DNA of 64,000 nucleotides from an uncultured Bacilli bacterium (GCA_947629165.1 CANRCR010000001.1:86246-150245), one strand, 5' to 3'; counted from the first letter of the stretch, positions 45,992 to 56,582 are shown. Numbers and translations are program-made. Notes: generated by a model not told the origin, from the letters alone.

Positions 45992-46846
45992 ATGTCTTTC
46001 TTTAACGGTACTGTGATTAACCAAATTTATATTGTTTATGGTCTCATCGCGTTAGTATTAGTGTTGATTCTTATTTTAGTAATACTTGATCGAAGAGAAA
46101 AGAAAAAATGTTCCAAAAGTTTTATGGAACCCGTTTTGAAAAAAGACAAAGAAGAAGTAGCACCCCCTGTGACCACTAATGTTGAAATTCCGATTATCGA
46201 GCCGGTAGAACCGGATCCACCAATAGCGTCTATCAAAGAAGATAATACTCCTAATGAAGTAGTAGATGAAACGCTCGATACGATGGAAGAAGATCCCGAT
46301 TTAGAAAAAACGCAAGCTCAAATTGAAATTCAACAGCTTACAAAAGCGTTAGAAAAAGCGGAAGAAGAAGACGATAAGATTAAACTTACGCATTTTGAAC
46401 AAGAACAAGAAGCCAATGCGATTATCAGTATTAATGAGTTAATGAAAAAGAGTAATGATCTCTATCAAAAAAATGAGACGGTTCAGTATATGGATGAAGG
46501 AAATGAACCGATTAATTTAGAAGAATTAAAAGCAAAATATGAACAAGAAAGTACTCCGGTAGAAGAAACTCTTTCTGTTTCGGCAACCAAAGAGAAGTTA
46601 CCTGATTTTGCAACCGAAAAAGAATTAGCTACGGCGAAAGAAAATAATCGTAAACCATCGAAATTTAAAAGCAGTCCTATTATCTCTCCCGTTTATGGAA
46701 TTGAAAAAGGGACGGAATCAACTCCTCGTAAGGAGCCGCCTATCGAATTAGAAAATACGGCGGATCTCGATCAATTAGATGATGAAATTCGAAAGACTAA
46801 TGAATTTTTACGAATTTTAAAAGAATTAAAAAAGAATCTTCAGTAA
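45992..46846 (+). CDS. Membrane-anchored acidic low-complexity protein (284 aa)
   Basis: ATG at 45992 behind gaggtga. N-terminal TM (IYIVYGLIALVLVLILILVIL) then an E/D/K-rich coiled-coil-like region. The ORF-track start at 45902 overlaps rsmE. Confidence 0.5.
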   Translation: MSFFNGTVINQIYIVYGLIALVLVLILILVILDRREKKKCSKSFMEPVLKKDKEEVAPPVTTNVEIPIIEPVEPDPPIASIKEDNTPNEVVDETLDTMEEDPDLEKTQAQIEIQQLTKALEKAEEEDDKIKLTHFEQEQEANAIISINELMKKSNDLYQKNETVQYMDEGNEPINLEELKAKYEQESTPVEETLSVSATKEKLPDFATEKELATAKENNRKPSKFKSSPIISPVYGIEKGTESTPRKEPPIELENTADLDQLDDEIRKTNEFLRILKELKKNLQ

Positions 46847-46859
46847 GAGATTCTTTTTT

Positions 46860-47777
46860 TTATATAATTAATGTTCTAAGAATACGTCCCGTATTTAGAA
46901 AGTTTAGTTTTGCTACTTCATTTAATTTTTCTTTGCCATATTTTTCGACGATTTCTTGTCCAATTGCGTCGACATTACTTCCTGCTCCTTTTGGAAGCGG
47001 AATATGAAGTTCATCACTTAATTTATCAAATTCTTTAATAAAAATGTAACGTGATATGACACTGGCACAAGCGACTGCTAGATTTTTATCTTCGGCTTTG
47101 GTCATAAAAGTTATTCCTCTTTGAATATGGGTACTATCTTGAATATATTCATAATATTTATGTTCTTTTGCAAATTCATCGACGATGATATAATCGTATG
47201 TCGGTTTTTCTTCTTGAATTAATTGATATAACATTTTATTATGTAAAATCGCTTTAATCTTATTCATATTGACATCTGTACTATATTTTTCGTTATACTC
47301 TTTATTCGATAGAATAATGCTTCGATATTTAATTCGTTTGGCAATTTGGGGAGCTAGTTTTAATATTTTTTCATCCGTTAATTTTTTTGAATCACGAATA
47401 CCTAATTCGGTTAAATAGGGGACGTCTTCTTTCGTTACATAAGCACTTGTTACGACAATGGGACCAAAATAATCTCCGGTTCCTACCTCATCACTTCCAA
47501 CGGAAGAACAATTATAGTATTTTCTTTCTTTTTTTTCTTTTTCTTCGGCTGTTTCTCCATCGGCACTTTGTCCATCTACGGATTTCCACATATTTGCATC
47601 GACATCGGCACTGGTCCCTTGAAACATTACTTTTCCAGACTCGTACATCGTAATGACGGTATCTTCTTCTTCCGCTTGAAAAATAGCATAAGGAATGACT
47701 TTATCTCTTTTTTTATCTTTATAGTAATCAATCATTTTTGCTTTGGTTTCGTCGCTTACTTTAATAACTACGTTCAT
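46860..47777 (-). CDS. rnhC: Ribonuclease HIII
   Basis: N-terminal TBP-like domain plus RNase HII/HIII catalytic domain (DEVGTGDYFGP), 305 aa. Confidence 0.85.
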   Translation of the reverse strand: MNVVIKVSDETKAKMIDYYKDKKRDKVIPYAIFQAEEEDTVITMYESGKVMFQGTSADVDANMWKSVDGQSADGETAEEKEKKERKYYNCSSVGSDEVGTGDYFGPIVVTSAYVTKEDVPYLTELGIRDSKKLTDEKILKLAPQIAKRIKYRSIILSNKEYNEKYSTDVNMNKIKAILHNKMLYQLIQEEKPTYDYIIVDEFAKEHKYYEYIQDSTHIQRGITFMTKAEDKNLAVACASVISRYIFIKEFDKLSDELHIPLPKGAGSNVDAIGQEIVEKYGKEKLNEVAKLNFLNTGRILRTLII

Positions 47778-47930
47778 ATATATATTCCTCCCGTTTTATC
47801 TATTTCTATTATAGCGGTAAATGGAAACGTTTTTAAAGAGTTTTTACACATTTCTTATAAAGAAATATGGTTTTGTTGGTAAATTTTACAACTATCGGTT
47901 ATAATATTATTATAGAAGGAAGGGAAGTAA

Positions 47931-48647
47931 ATGAATATTGTTGATGCTATTATTATTTTACTTATTTTAATGTTTGGGGTTATTGGTTTTAAAAGAGGTG
48001 TATTTGAATCTTTAGTAACTACGGTCGGAACGATCATTGTATTGATACTTGCTTTTTATTTAAAGAACCCGGTTGCTAGTTTCTTATGTGATATGTTCCC
48101 ATTTTTTGAATTTTGGGGACCCTTTTCAGGACTCACTTCATTAAATATTGTCTTGTATCAATTACTTGCATTTTTAATTGTTTGTGTCATTTTATATGCT
48201 TTGTTAAATGCTTTGATTCGGATGACGGGTGTATTGGAAAAGATTTTAAAATGTACGATTATTTTAGGAATTCCTTCTCAATTATTGGGAGCAGTAGTTG
48301 GATTTATCGAAGGATTTGTCGTTGTCTTTGTTGCTTTGTTTTTCTTGAATCAACCGGCATTTAATATTGGTATAGTACAAGGCTCTCAACTTAAAGATCC
48401 GATTTTAAATAGTACGCCATTCTTATCTTCAATCGTATCGGACTTCAATCAGGCTTTTACGGATATTTACGAATTATCTCATCATTATGAAGAAAACGCA
48501 GATAAAAACAGTTTCAATTTGGAAACCATTAATATTTTATTAAAATACAATATTGCCGAGGTTGATTTTGTCGATCATTTAGTAAGAAATGGAAAACTTG
48601 AAATTACAGGAATCGATTCGGTTTTAAATCAGTATCGGGAGGATTAA
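47931..48647 (+). CDS. cvpA: CvpA family membrane protein
   Basis: MNIVDAIIILLILMFGVIGFKRG. Four TM helices. rnhC-cvpA neighbourhood as in Bacillus. Confidence 0.75.
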   Translation: MNIVDAIIILLILMFGVIGFKRGVFESLVTTVGTIIVLILAFYLKNPVASFLCDMFPFFEFWGPFSGLTSLNIVLYQLLAFLIVCVILYALLNALIRMTGVLEKILKCTIILGIPSQLLGAVVGFIEGFVVVFVALFFLNQPAFNIGIVQGSQLKDPILNSTPFLSSIVSDFNQAFTDIYELSHHYEENADKNSFNLETINILLKYNIAEVDFVDHLVRNGKLEITGIDSVLNQYRED

Positions 48648-48648
48648 T

Positions 48649-48948
48649 ATGTTAATTCATTTCAAAAATGAAAAATTTGATGATCTTATTAAAGAAGGGA
48701 AGGTCGTCGTCGATTTTTATGCGGATTGGTGTGGACCTTGTAAAATGTTAGCACCTATTATCGAAACATTAGCACAAGAAAATGAAAAAATCACTTTTGT
48801 TAAAGTGAATGTCGACGAACAAGAAGAACTTGCTCAAAGTTATGGTGTAATGTCAATTCCTACTATCCTTTTATTTAAAGAGGGTAATTTAGAAAAAAAA
48901 CAAATCGGTTTTATGCCAAAAGAAGTGTTGGAAGAATGGATAAAGTAA
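48649..48948 (+). CDS. trxA: Thioredoxin
   Basis: WCGPCK active site, 99 aa. Confidence 0.9.
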   Translation: MLIHFKNEKFDDLIKEGKVVVDFYADWCGPCKMLAPIIETLAQENEKITFVKVNVDEQEELAQSYGVMSIPTILLFKEGNLEKKQIGFMPKEVLEEWIK

Positions 48949-48980
48949 GCAAAATTGTTGCTTACTTTTCTTTTTTTATA
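48946..48980. terminator. Bidirectional terminator between trxA and yigZ
   Basis: Hairpin agtaagcaaaattgttgcttact followed by a T-run. Confidence 0.6.
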
Positions 48981-49564
48981 TCGATTGTTTCGAGGATTTG
49001 GATGTGGTATCCTTTTTCTTTGAGTTCTTTGGCTAATTCTTTTGTAACTTCTACATCGTAGGTGATTGTACTTTCAAAATTTTTTTTACGAATGGTATTT
49101 TCTTTTAGTAGGTAATCTATTTTCCCTTGGGCTTCATAAGGAAAAGAAAGTTGTATTAAATAACCTTTTTGTAAATCGATTATCAAAGCTCTATTTAATG
49201 CTTCCATCGTGGCTTTTGTATAGGCTCTCACTAATCCGCCCGTACCTAATTTTATTCCTCCAAAATACCGAATAACGACTCCACATACATGATCTAATCC
49301 CTGTTGTTTTAAGACGTTTAGAATAGGGAATCCCGCTGTTTTGGCAGGTTCTTTATCATCGCTACAATAGATTTCTTGATCAATTATATACGCGTAACAG
49401 TAATGACTTGCGTTCGGATAAAGTTGTTTCCATTTTTCCATCTTTTCTTTTACTTCTTCTTTTTGATTTACGCGGTCTAGGATGGCAATAAAACGGGACT
49501 TTTTTTCTTCGATTTCATGTATTACTTGTTTTTCTATGGATTTCATCTTATCATCCTCTTGCAT
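48962..49564 (-). CDS. yigZ: IMPACT/YigZ family protein (UPF0029)
   Basis: ...GFPILNVLKQQGLDHVCGVVIRYFGGIKLGTGGLVRAY is the IMPACT core. Confidence 0.75.
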   Translation of the reverse strand: MQEDDKMKSIEKQVIHEIEEKKSRFIAILDRVNQKEEVKEKMEKWKQLYPNASHYCYAYIIDQEIYCSDDKEPAKTAGFPILNVLKQQGLDHVCGVVIRYFGGIKLGTGGLVRAYTKATMEALNRALIIDLQKGYLIQLSFPYEAQGKIDYLLKENTIRKKNFESTITYDVEVTKELAKELKEKGYHIQILETIDIKKEK

Positions 49565-49633
49565 TAATTATAATCGTTTCGAAAATACCCTGTCAAATTA
49601 TTTCCTTTTTTGGTATAATATTTATAGTTTTGG

Positions 49634-51427
49634 ATGGGAGGGATGACTATGAATGAAGAGACCAAGCGACATATTAAAGAAAAACTTGCCTTGGTACCGA
49701 ATTTACCGGGTAGTTATCAGATGAAAAATAAAGATGGTTTAATTATTTATGTCGGTAAAGCAAAAAATTTAAAAAATCGTTTAAAAAGTTACTTTACCGG
49801 TACTGTGACTGGAAAAACGGCTATGCTCGTTCAAGATATTGCAACGTTTGAATACATTGTCACTTCTTCCGAATTAGAATCCCTTATCTTAGAAATTACA
49901 TTAATTAAAAAATATAATCCTAAATATAATATTTTATTAAAAGATGATAAAAGTTATCCTTATATCGAACTTACGAATGAAAATTATCCGCGGTTACGTG
50001 TCGTTCGAAATGTGAATCGAAAACGGCATAAGAGCCGGTTGTTTGGACCTTATCCGAACGTGACTAGTGCCCGTAAAACAGTAGAGATGTTAGGAAGAAT
50101 GTATCCTTTACGAAAATGTGATCGTCTTAAAAAAGATGTTTGTCTATACTACCATTTAGGAGAATGTTTGGGGTACTGTAAAAAAGAAGTCAATTCGCAA
50201 GAAGTCCAACAGATGGTCGATGAAATTACCACTTTCTTAAAAGGCGATAGTAGTATTTTAACAAAACGAATTAAAGAAGATATGGAAAAAGCAAGTGCTA
50301 TGATGAATTATGAAAAAGCACTCGAACTTAAAACGATGCTCGATGATATCGAGATTACCTTACGACATCAAAAAATCGACCTTAATCGAAATTATAATTT
50401 TGATTTATTTGCGTATTATGAAGACAAAAACTTTTTATCGATCCAATGCTTTTTTATTCGGGAAGGATTGCTTTTTGGAAGACACAGTGATATTATAGCG
50501 ACGTTGGATGATTCCAAGGAAGAAATGATGGAATATATTATCAAATTCTATGAAAAAAACAGTATTCTTCCGAAAGAAATTGTCGTTCCAGACACGTTGG
50601 ATAGTGCCTTGCTACAAGACTATTTGCAAGTGAAAGTGATTAGTCCAACCCGAGGGGATATTAAAAAATTAATTTTATTAGCTTCGGATAATGCGAAAGT
50701 AGCCTTAGAAGAGAAAGAGGATTTATTAAAACAAAATGATGAAGCAAGATTGGAAGCAATCGAAGAATTAAAGAAGTTGTTAGGATTAGAAAAAGTATCT
50801 CGGATGGAAGCTTTTGATAACTCTCATTTGTTTGGAACCTTTTACGTTGGGGGAATGGTTGTATTCGATGATTTTTTACCTTTAAAAAATGAATATCGAA
50901 AGTTTAAAATATCGACGGAGGTAAAAGATGATTTAGGGGCAATGCGGGAAGTTATCTACCGTCGTTATTACCGCGTGTTGATGGAAAACCTTACAAAACC
51001 AGATTTGATTATCATGGATGGTGGGGAAACGCAGGTCGCAGTTTGTAAAGAAATTATTGATTCTCTTCATTTGGATATTCCGATTATCGGTTTAAAGAAA
51101 GATGAACACCATCGAACGAATATCTTAATTAATATGTATGGAGAAGTTTTGCCATGTGATCCCAAAAGTCATTTATTTGTTTTTCTTTCCAAGATTCAGG
51201 AAGAAGTCCATCGTTATGCCATCAGTTATCACCGTACGTTAAAACAAAAAGGCAGTCTTGCTAGTTTACTCGATGTAGTACCGGGAGTTGGCGAAGTAAG
51301 ACGAAAAGAACTTTTACGAAAATTTGGTTCTTTAAAGAAAATGAAGGAAGCTTCGATCGAGGATTTAGCAACGGTCGTAAATCGTGACGTTGCCGAGGCG
51401 TTGTATCATTATTTACGGGAATTATAG
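49634..51427 (+). CDS. uvrC: Excinuclease ABC subunit C
   Basis: N-terminal GIY-YIG (PGSYQMKNKDGLIIYVGKAKNLKNR), UvrBC domain, RNase H-like, C-terminal HhH. 597 aa. Confidence 0.9.
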   Translation: MGGMTMNEETKRHIKEKLALVPNLPGSYQMKNKDGLIIYVGKAKNLKNRLKSYFTGTVTGKTAMLVQDIATFEYIVTSSELESLILEITLIKKYNPKYNILLKDDKSYPYIELTNENYPRLRVVRNVNRKRHKSRLFGPYPNVTSARKTVEMLGRMYPLRKCDRLKKDVCLYYHLGECLGYCKKEVNSQEVQQMVDEITTFLKGDSSILTKRIKEDMEKASAMMNYEKALELKTMLDDIEITLRHQKIDLNRNYNFDLFAYYEDKNFLSIQCFFIREGLLFGRHSDIIATLDDSKEEMMEYIIKFYEKNSILPKEIVVPDTLDSALLQDYLQVKVISPTRGDIKKLILLASDNAKVALEEKEDLLKQNDEARLEAIEELKKLLGLEKVSRMEAFDNSHLFGTFYVGGMVVFDDFLPLKNEYRKFKISTEVKDDLGAMREVIYRRYYRVLMENLTKPDLIIMDGGETQVAVCKEIIDSLHLDIPIIGLKKDEHHRTNILINMYGEVLPCDPKSHLFVFLSKIQEEVHRYAISYHRTLKQKGSLASLLDVVPGVGEVRRKELLRKFGSLKKMKEASIEDLATVVNRDVAEALYHYLREL

Positions 51428-51440
51428 GAGGTTATGGTGA

Positions 51441-51845
51441 ATGGAAAGAGGAGAAGGCTTTGAATATAATATCAACCGAAAAGTAACCAATAATTCGGAT
51501 AAGTTTTGTCCTTTTGTCACCGGATCTGTTTATTTTGATAAGTTCATTAACTATTACCGTCTTGCTACTTTTATAGATAAAAAAGGAAAAGATCATTATT
51601 ATATCGTGTACGATAAAAATGCGAGTGCGGGGTTTGGTTCTTTTCATGAGTTGACGGAGGTCGAAAGTGGGGTTACCATCTTCCATGGAACTTTCTATGA
51701 TAATGATGCCCCTTCTACGATAGAAGAGTTAAAAGCATACTTAATCACGTATGAGATGTTACAATTAGAATATCAGTTTTCAGATGTAGAGCACTTACTT
51801 CAATTGATTCGTGAAGATAAAAAAGAAAAAACGTTAATACGTTAA
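51441..51845 (+). CDS. Hypothetical protein (134 aa)
   Basis: Intact ORF between uvrC and mutL. No family recognised. Confidence 0.45.
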   Translation: MERGEGFEYNINRKVTNNSDKFCPFVTGSVYFDKFINYYRLATFIDKKGKDHYYIVYDKNASAGFGSFHELTEVESGVTIFHGTFYDNDAPSTIEELKAYLITYEMLQLEYQFSDVEHLLQLIREDKKEKTLIR

Positions 51846-51864
51846 AAAAGAAAGAGGGAACTGT

Positions 51865-53652
51865 ATGAGTGTCATTCAAATTATGGAGGAAGATCTTGCG
51901 AATAAGATTGCCGCTGGAGAAGTAGTCGAACGAACTATGAATGTCGTCAAAGAATTAGTAGAAAATTCCATCGATGCTCAAAGTACCGAAATTAAAATTG
52001 AATTAGTCGATGCGGGTGTTAAAGAAATTCGGGTCATCGATAATGGAGTAGGGATGAGTAAAGAAGATGCGGTATTATCTTTTTCTCGACACGCGACTTC
52101 AAAACTAAAAAATATTGACGACTTATTTCATATTCATTCGCTCGGGTTTCGGGGAGAAGCACTCCCTTCGATTGCCGCTGTATCGCATCTTACGATGAAA
52201 ACAAGTAATCAAGAAGAGGGAACTTATATCGAAATTAATGGCGGTAAACTCGAAAAAGTAACGGCGTGTGATTTACGTCAAGGAACGGATATTACTGTTT
52301 CGGATTTATTTTACAATACGCCTGTCCGCCTTAAATATTTAAAAAATCTTTATACGGAACTTGCCCATATTACCGATTATGTTCATAAGATGGCGTTATC
52401 GTATCCTGCTATCCAATTCGTCTTAAAAAATAACGGAAAGCTTCTTTTGAGTACGGATGGAAGTAATCGTTTACTAAAAGTAATTAATGATATCTATGGA
52501 TTATCGGTCACTAAAAAGATGGTCGAAATCAAAGGTGAAAATGATGATTATACTGTTTCTGGATATATTTCTTATCCCGAACTTATGAAAAGTAATCGTA
52601 ATGCGGTTACTATCTTAGTTAATGGGCGATTTATTAAAAATACTGAACTTTTACGAACGATTGTCGATTGTTATCACACGTATATGCCACCGGATAAATA
52701 TCCGATTGTCGTTCTTAATATCGAAGCAGATCCGATTTTAATCGATGTAAATGTTCATCCTACAAAAATGGATATTAAGTTTTCTAAAATAGATTCTTTA
52801 AAAACTTTACTAACGTCTTTAATTACTGATCAGTTAGAACATCTCACTTTAATTCCCGATGCGTCTACTTCGACGGTCATGGAAGGAAACGAAACAAAGA
52901 TCAGTAATCATTACAGTACTCCTGCGGTCGATACTTTTAATCCTTCCGAAAAAGAACAAGAGTATGCGTCTTTTGAGAAAATGACATTCGATCTTGAAGT
53001 AAAAGAAGAAGATGCTATTACGGACCGATTAAAAGAAGAATTACCTTTCGAAGACGAAGAAGAAACTCCTCGTATTAAAGAAATGTATCCCGTTGGTTTA
53101 GTTCACGCGACTTATATTGTGGCCGAAAATGAAGGTGGTATGTTTTTGATTGATCAACATGCAGCGAACGAGCGAATTAACTACGAATATTATTTAAAAG
53201 AGATGAGTCGACCTAAAAAAGAAAAAATGGATTTATTGGTTCCGATTACTGTCGAGTTACCGAGTGATGAATATCTTATCTTAAAAGAAAATTTTGATGT
53301 GTTGGAACGGCTCGGTTTTGAGTTTGAAGAATTCGGATTTAACAGTATTGTCATTCGCACGATGCCCATTTGGTTACAACGAGCTCGTCAAGAGGATGCC
53401 ATTCATAAAATTATTGATATTATTATTGAAACCGAAGATTTTAATAGTGAAAAGTTCTTTCATTATATTGCAGCAACCGTGGCTTGTAAAGCTTCGATTA
53501 AAGCGAATGATTATATTACACTCGATGAGATGCGAACATTATTATCGCGCTTAAGAGCTTGTAAAAATCCATTTACTTGTCCACATGGAAGACCTACTAT
53601 TATTACGTATTCGAAATATGAGTTGGAACGTTTATTTAAACGTGCTATGTAG
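51865..53652 (+). CDS. mutL: DNA mismatch repair protein MutL
   Basis: GHKL ATPase N-terminus (IAAGEVVERTMNVVKELVENSIDAQ) and C-terminal dimerisation domain with DQHAANERI. Confidence 0.9.
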   Translation: MSVIQIMEEDLANKIAAGEVVERTMNVVKELVENSIDAQSTEIKIELVDAGVKEIRVIDNGVGMSKEDAVLSFSRHATSKLKNIDDLFHIHSLGFRGEALPSIAAVSHLTMKTSNQEEGTYIEINGGKLEKVTACDLRQGTDITVSDLFYNTPVRLKYLKNLYTELAHITDYVHKMALSYPAIQFVLKNNGKLLLSTDGSNRLLKVINDIYGLSVTKKMVEIKGENDDYTVSGYISYPELMKSNRNAVTILVNGRFIKNTELLRTIVDCYHTYMPPDKYPIVVLNIEADPILIDVNVHPTKMDIKFSKIDSLKTLLTSLITDQLEHLTLIPDASTSTVMEGNETKISNHYSTPAVDTFNPSEKEQEYASFEKMTFDLEVKEEDAITDRLKEELPFEDEEETPRIKEMYPVGLVHATYIVAENEGGMFLIDQHAANERINYEYYLKEMSRPKKEKMDLLVPITVELPSDEYLILKENFDVLERLGFEFEEFGFNSIVIRTMPIWLQRARQEDAIHKIIDIIIETEDFNSEKFFHYIAATVACKASIKANDYITLDEMRTLLSRLRACKNPFTCPHGRPTIITYSKYELERLFKRAM

Positions 53653-53662
53653 AGGGGATTTT

Positions 53663-54265
53663 ATGGAAATTAAATTTAATATGCAGACTGAGTATCAACG
53701 TGCTATGAAACTACGGCGAAAGGAATTTCCGTACGAGGCATTTGTTCAAGAACGAAAAGAACAAGCGAAAGTTTTTTTTGATACGTATTTCGATTTTTAT
53801 GGACCCGTGCTCGATACGGATTTGGTCGAATTTACGATGGATACCAATACGGGAGTGAGTGATTATTTTATTAATCCCGAAAAGAAATACAAAATGCGGT
53901 ATATCAGTCAAATTTCGATTGAGAACCGGCTTTCGAATAAAGTACCATACTTTTTGTTACCGGAATATTCTACGATTGTGGCCGCAGGGAGTTATCCTTT
54001 GTTAAATCGTTCAATTTTTGAAATGGCTACGCAAGAAGCAAGTTTCTTTTTCATGGGTGGTGTTTACGGTTCTATCCGAGATCCTTATTTTCTTCGTCAA
54101 GTTCAAAGTTACGAAAAATTAGCCGATCAATTAATGACTTATTATCGATTACCAGAATCGATTTTGGACCGGGTTCATTATGGTCCCGACAAACAATTTG
54201 TCTATGTCAATTATATGCAAGATATCGTCATTCCGTCTCCCAAATATTTTCGCTATTTGAGTTAG
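53663..54265 (+). CDS. Hypothetical protein (200 aa)
   Basis: ATG at 53663 behind gagggga; the ORF-track start overlaps mutL. Confidence 0.45.
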   Translation: MEIKFNMQTEYQRAMKLRRKEFPYEAFVQERKEQAKVFFDTYFDFYGPVLDTDLVEFTMDTNTGVSDYFINPEKKYKMRYISQISIENRLSNKVPYFLLPEYSTIVAAGSYPLLNRSIFEMATQEASFFFMGGVYGSIRDPYFLRQVQSYEKLADQLMTYYRLPESILDRVHYGPDKQFVYVNYMQDIVIPSPKYFRYLS

Positions 54266-54273
54266 GAGGTTCT

Positions 54274-55149
54274 ATGATTCCGATTATTGTTATTTGTGGT
54301 CCTACGGCAGTAGGGAAAACCGCTTTAAGTATCGCTCTTGCCAAACGATTTCATGGTGAAATAATCAATGCCGACAGTATGCAATTTTACAAAGGATTAG
54401 ATATCGGTACCGCCAAGATTCGTCCGGAAGAAAAAGAAGGCGTTATTCATCATCTACTCGATTGTTGTGATGTTACTTGCTTTTATACAGTTTATCAGTA
54501 TCAAAAAGAAGCTCGTAAATGTATCGAAGAAATTCGTAGTAGGGGACATGTTCCTATTTTTGTAGGAGGAACGGGACTTTATATTAAAGCGGCTTTATAC
54601 GATTATGAATTTCAAGAAGAAAAGAAAGTTTCTTGTCCGTTATCGGATGAAGAACTCTATACCTTTGTTCAAACACACTTACCGGATGCTCAAATACATC
54701 CTCATAATCGCCGTCGCTTAGAACGAGCTTATACGCAAATTCAAAATAAAAGTTATCATCATGGAAAAAAGGAACAAGCGCTTTACGATTTTATCTGTAT
54801 TGGACTTACGACCGATCGAAAACTTCTCTACGAAAAAATTAATGAACGGGTCGATACCATGGTTCGTCAAGGATTGATCGAAGAAGTTTCCCAGTTTTAT
54901 CAAAAAAACATTCGTAGTAAAGCTTTGATGACCGGAATTGGATATAAAGAACTTTATCGTTATTTCGATGGTGAAATTCAGCTAGTGGAAGCAATCGATT
55001 TAATTAAGAAGAATTCTCGCCATTATGCTAAACGACAATATACTTTCTTTACGCATCAACTTCCTGTACAATGGATTACTACCGATTATGACGATTTTTC
55101 AAAAACCGTGGAAGAAGCGAGTAATTTAATCAATAAAAAAAGAAGCTAA
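54274..55149 (+). CDS. miaA: tRNA dimethylallyltransferase
   Basis: P-loop GPTAVGKT and DSMQFYKGLDIGTAK. Confidence 0.9.
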   Translation: MIPIIVICGPTAVGKTALSIALAKRFHGEIINADSMQFYKGLDIGTAKIRPEEKEGVIHHLLDCCDVTCFYTVYQYQKEARKCIEEIRSRGHVPIFVGGTGLYIKAALYDYEFQEEKKVSCPLSDEELYTFVQTHLPDAQIHPHNRRRLERAYTQIQNKSYHHGKKEQALYDFICIGLTTDRKLLYEKINERVDTMVRQGLIEEVSQFYQKNIRSKALMTGIGYKELYRYFDGEIQLVEAIDLIKKNSRHYAKRQYTFFTHQLPVQWITTDYDDFSKTVEEASNLINKKRS

Positions 55150-55635
55150 ATAAACTTCTTTTAATTTTCTTGGATAATTCCTTTCATATCTTTCTTCTTT
55201 TAAGATAGGCCCAAAGTTCCTGCTATCCAAAGAAATAGTTCGATTATCTCCTAAAACATAATATTCATTTTCTTTTAACGTAACGGTTATATTTTCTTCC
55301 GATGAAAACGTTTGAAAGTCATCTTTAATTTCTTTTCCATTGATTAGAACGGTTCCATTTTTTATCGTAACAGTTTCACCAGGTAATCCATATACTCTTT
55401 TAATAAGTACTTCATTTTCTTTATTAAAACAAACAATATCGTATCGTTTTATGGAATTACTTACGATATATGTTTTTATTTCACCATTTTTTAAAGTGGG
55501 TTCCATGGAATCTCCCGTTACTTTAACCCGAAGTTGATTGGTATCGGTTGAAAAGGCAGGGACTATGATTTGAAAGATTGCTAGTGCACCTAGTATTCCA
55601 ATTATGATCCATATAATGCTATTTTTCGATTTCAT
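55126..55635 (-). CDS. lepB: Signal peptidase I
   Basis: S26 motifs GDSMEPTL (Ser) and ...K..YVLGDNR. N-terminal TM. Confidence 0.85.
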   Translation of the reverse strand: MKSKNSIIWIIIGILGALAIFQIIVPAFSTDTNQLRVKVTGDSMEPTLKNGEIKTYIVSNSIKRYDIVCFNKENEVLIKRVYGLPGETVTIKNGTVLINGKEIKDDFQTFSSEENITVTLKENEYYVLGDNRTISLDSRNFGPILKEERYERNYPRKLKEVYLASFFID

Positions 55636-55655
55636 AGGAATTCCTCGTTTTATAT

Positions 55656-56582
55656 TTAAATGGCTTCTTTGTAAACGTTTTTATCAAAAGTATGTTGGTT
55701 TGTTTTTAAATTTTCTAATTCTTCTGTAGTAATTAAGAAGAAATTGTATTCGAGAATATCTTTTCCGTTTTGTGATACGGGATCATCCCAGGTTAAGTCT
55801 AGGTGATACCAATCTCCATTAATATAAACGAGATTCCATACATGATTTTCACTAGCAATTTTATAATTTGGAATATTTAGACGATCTAGGAAAATCTTCA
55901 TACTATCGGTGTAGCCACCACAAATACCATATCCTTGAATTAAATTTCCATAGGCAGTATCCGAATCATATTTTGCAATTTGATCGTCCGCCCGTTCACT
56001 ATCGTATTTACTATTATTGATTATATAATCGTGTACTGCTTTAATTTTTTCTTCATCGCTCATCTCTGGTTGATAAATTTCTTTTTCAATTTCTTCTACT
56101 TTTTTGTTAATCTCATCGATTTTTTCTTGAGAGTAGGTATGGGTTATATGAATATCGACTCTTCCTAATTTATCGTATTCGGTTTTAATACTTTTAAATC
56201 CATTATAAGCGTGTACAAAATTATTAATATGGGATACTAATGTTTTATCGTTCGATATATCAATTACATCATTAATACAATCTTTATATTTATCCTCACA
56301 ATAGAAGGTAAAGTCCGTTAAACCAGAATTTAGAATCGTATAATATATATTTAGTAAATCTTGTTTATTTTGAGGCTGAAACGAATCGGTATTTTTTATA
56401 AATTCGAATTGGTAATCGAGATAGTATTCGTTTTTTTGTTCCTTTTCTAATAATACAGTATGATCGCTACGATCAAATGTTTTCATAACGAAAGTAATTA
56501 TATTTTCTCGGTATAAAAAAACGATTCCAAAAATTAATAGAACGAATCCTAGTGTCGCAATTTTTTTATTTATATTGTTCAT
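55656..56582 (-). CDS. Membrane-anchored transglutaminase-like cysteine protease domain protein
   Basis: N-terminal TM. Core GICGGYTDSMKIF...HVWNLV...WYHLDLTWDD (Cys-His-Asp). Confidence 0.7.
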   Translation of the reverse strand: MNNINKKIATLGFVLLIFGIVFLYRENIITFVMKTFDRSDHTVLLEKEQKNEYYLDYQFEFIKNTDSFQPQNKQDLLNIYYTILNSGLTDFTFYCEDKYKDCINDVIDISNDKTLVSHINNFVHAYNGFKSIKTEYDKLGRVDIHITHTYSQEKIDEINKKVEEIEKEIYQPEMSDEEKIKAVHDYIINNSKYDSERADDQIAKYDSDTAYGNLIQGYGICGGYTDSMKIFLDRLNIPNYKIASENHVWNLVYINGDWYHLDLTWDDPVSQNGKDILEYNFFLITTEELENLKTNQHTFDKNVYKEAI

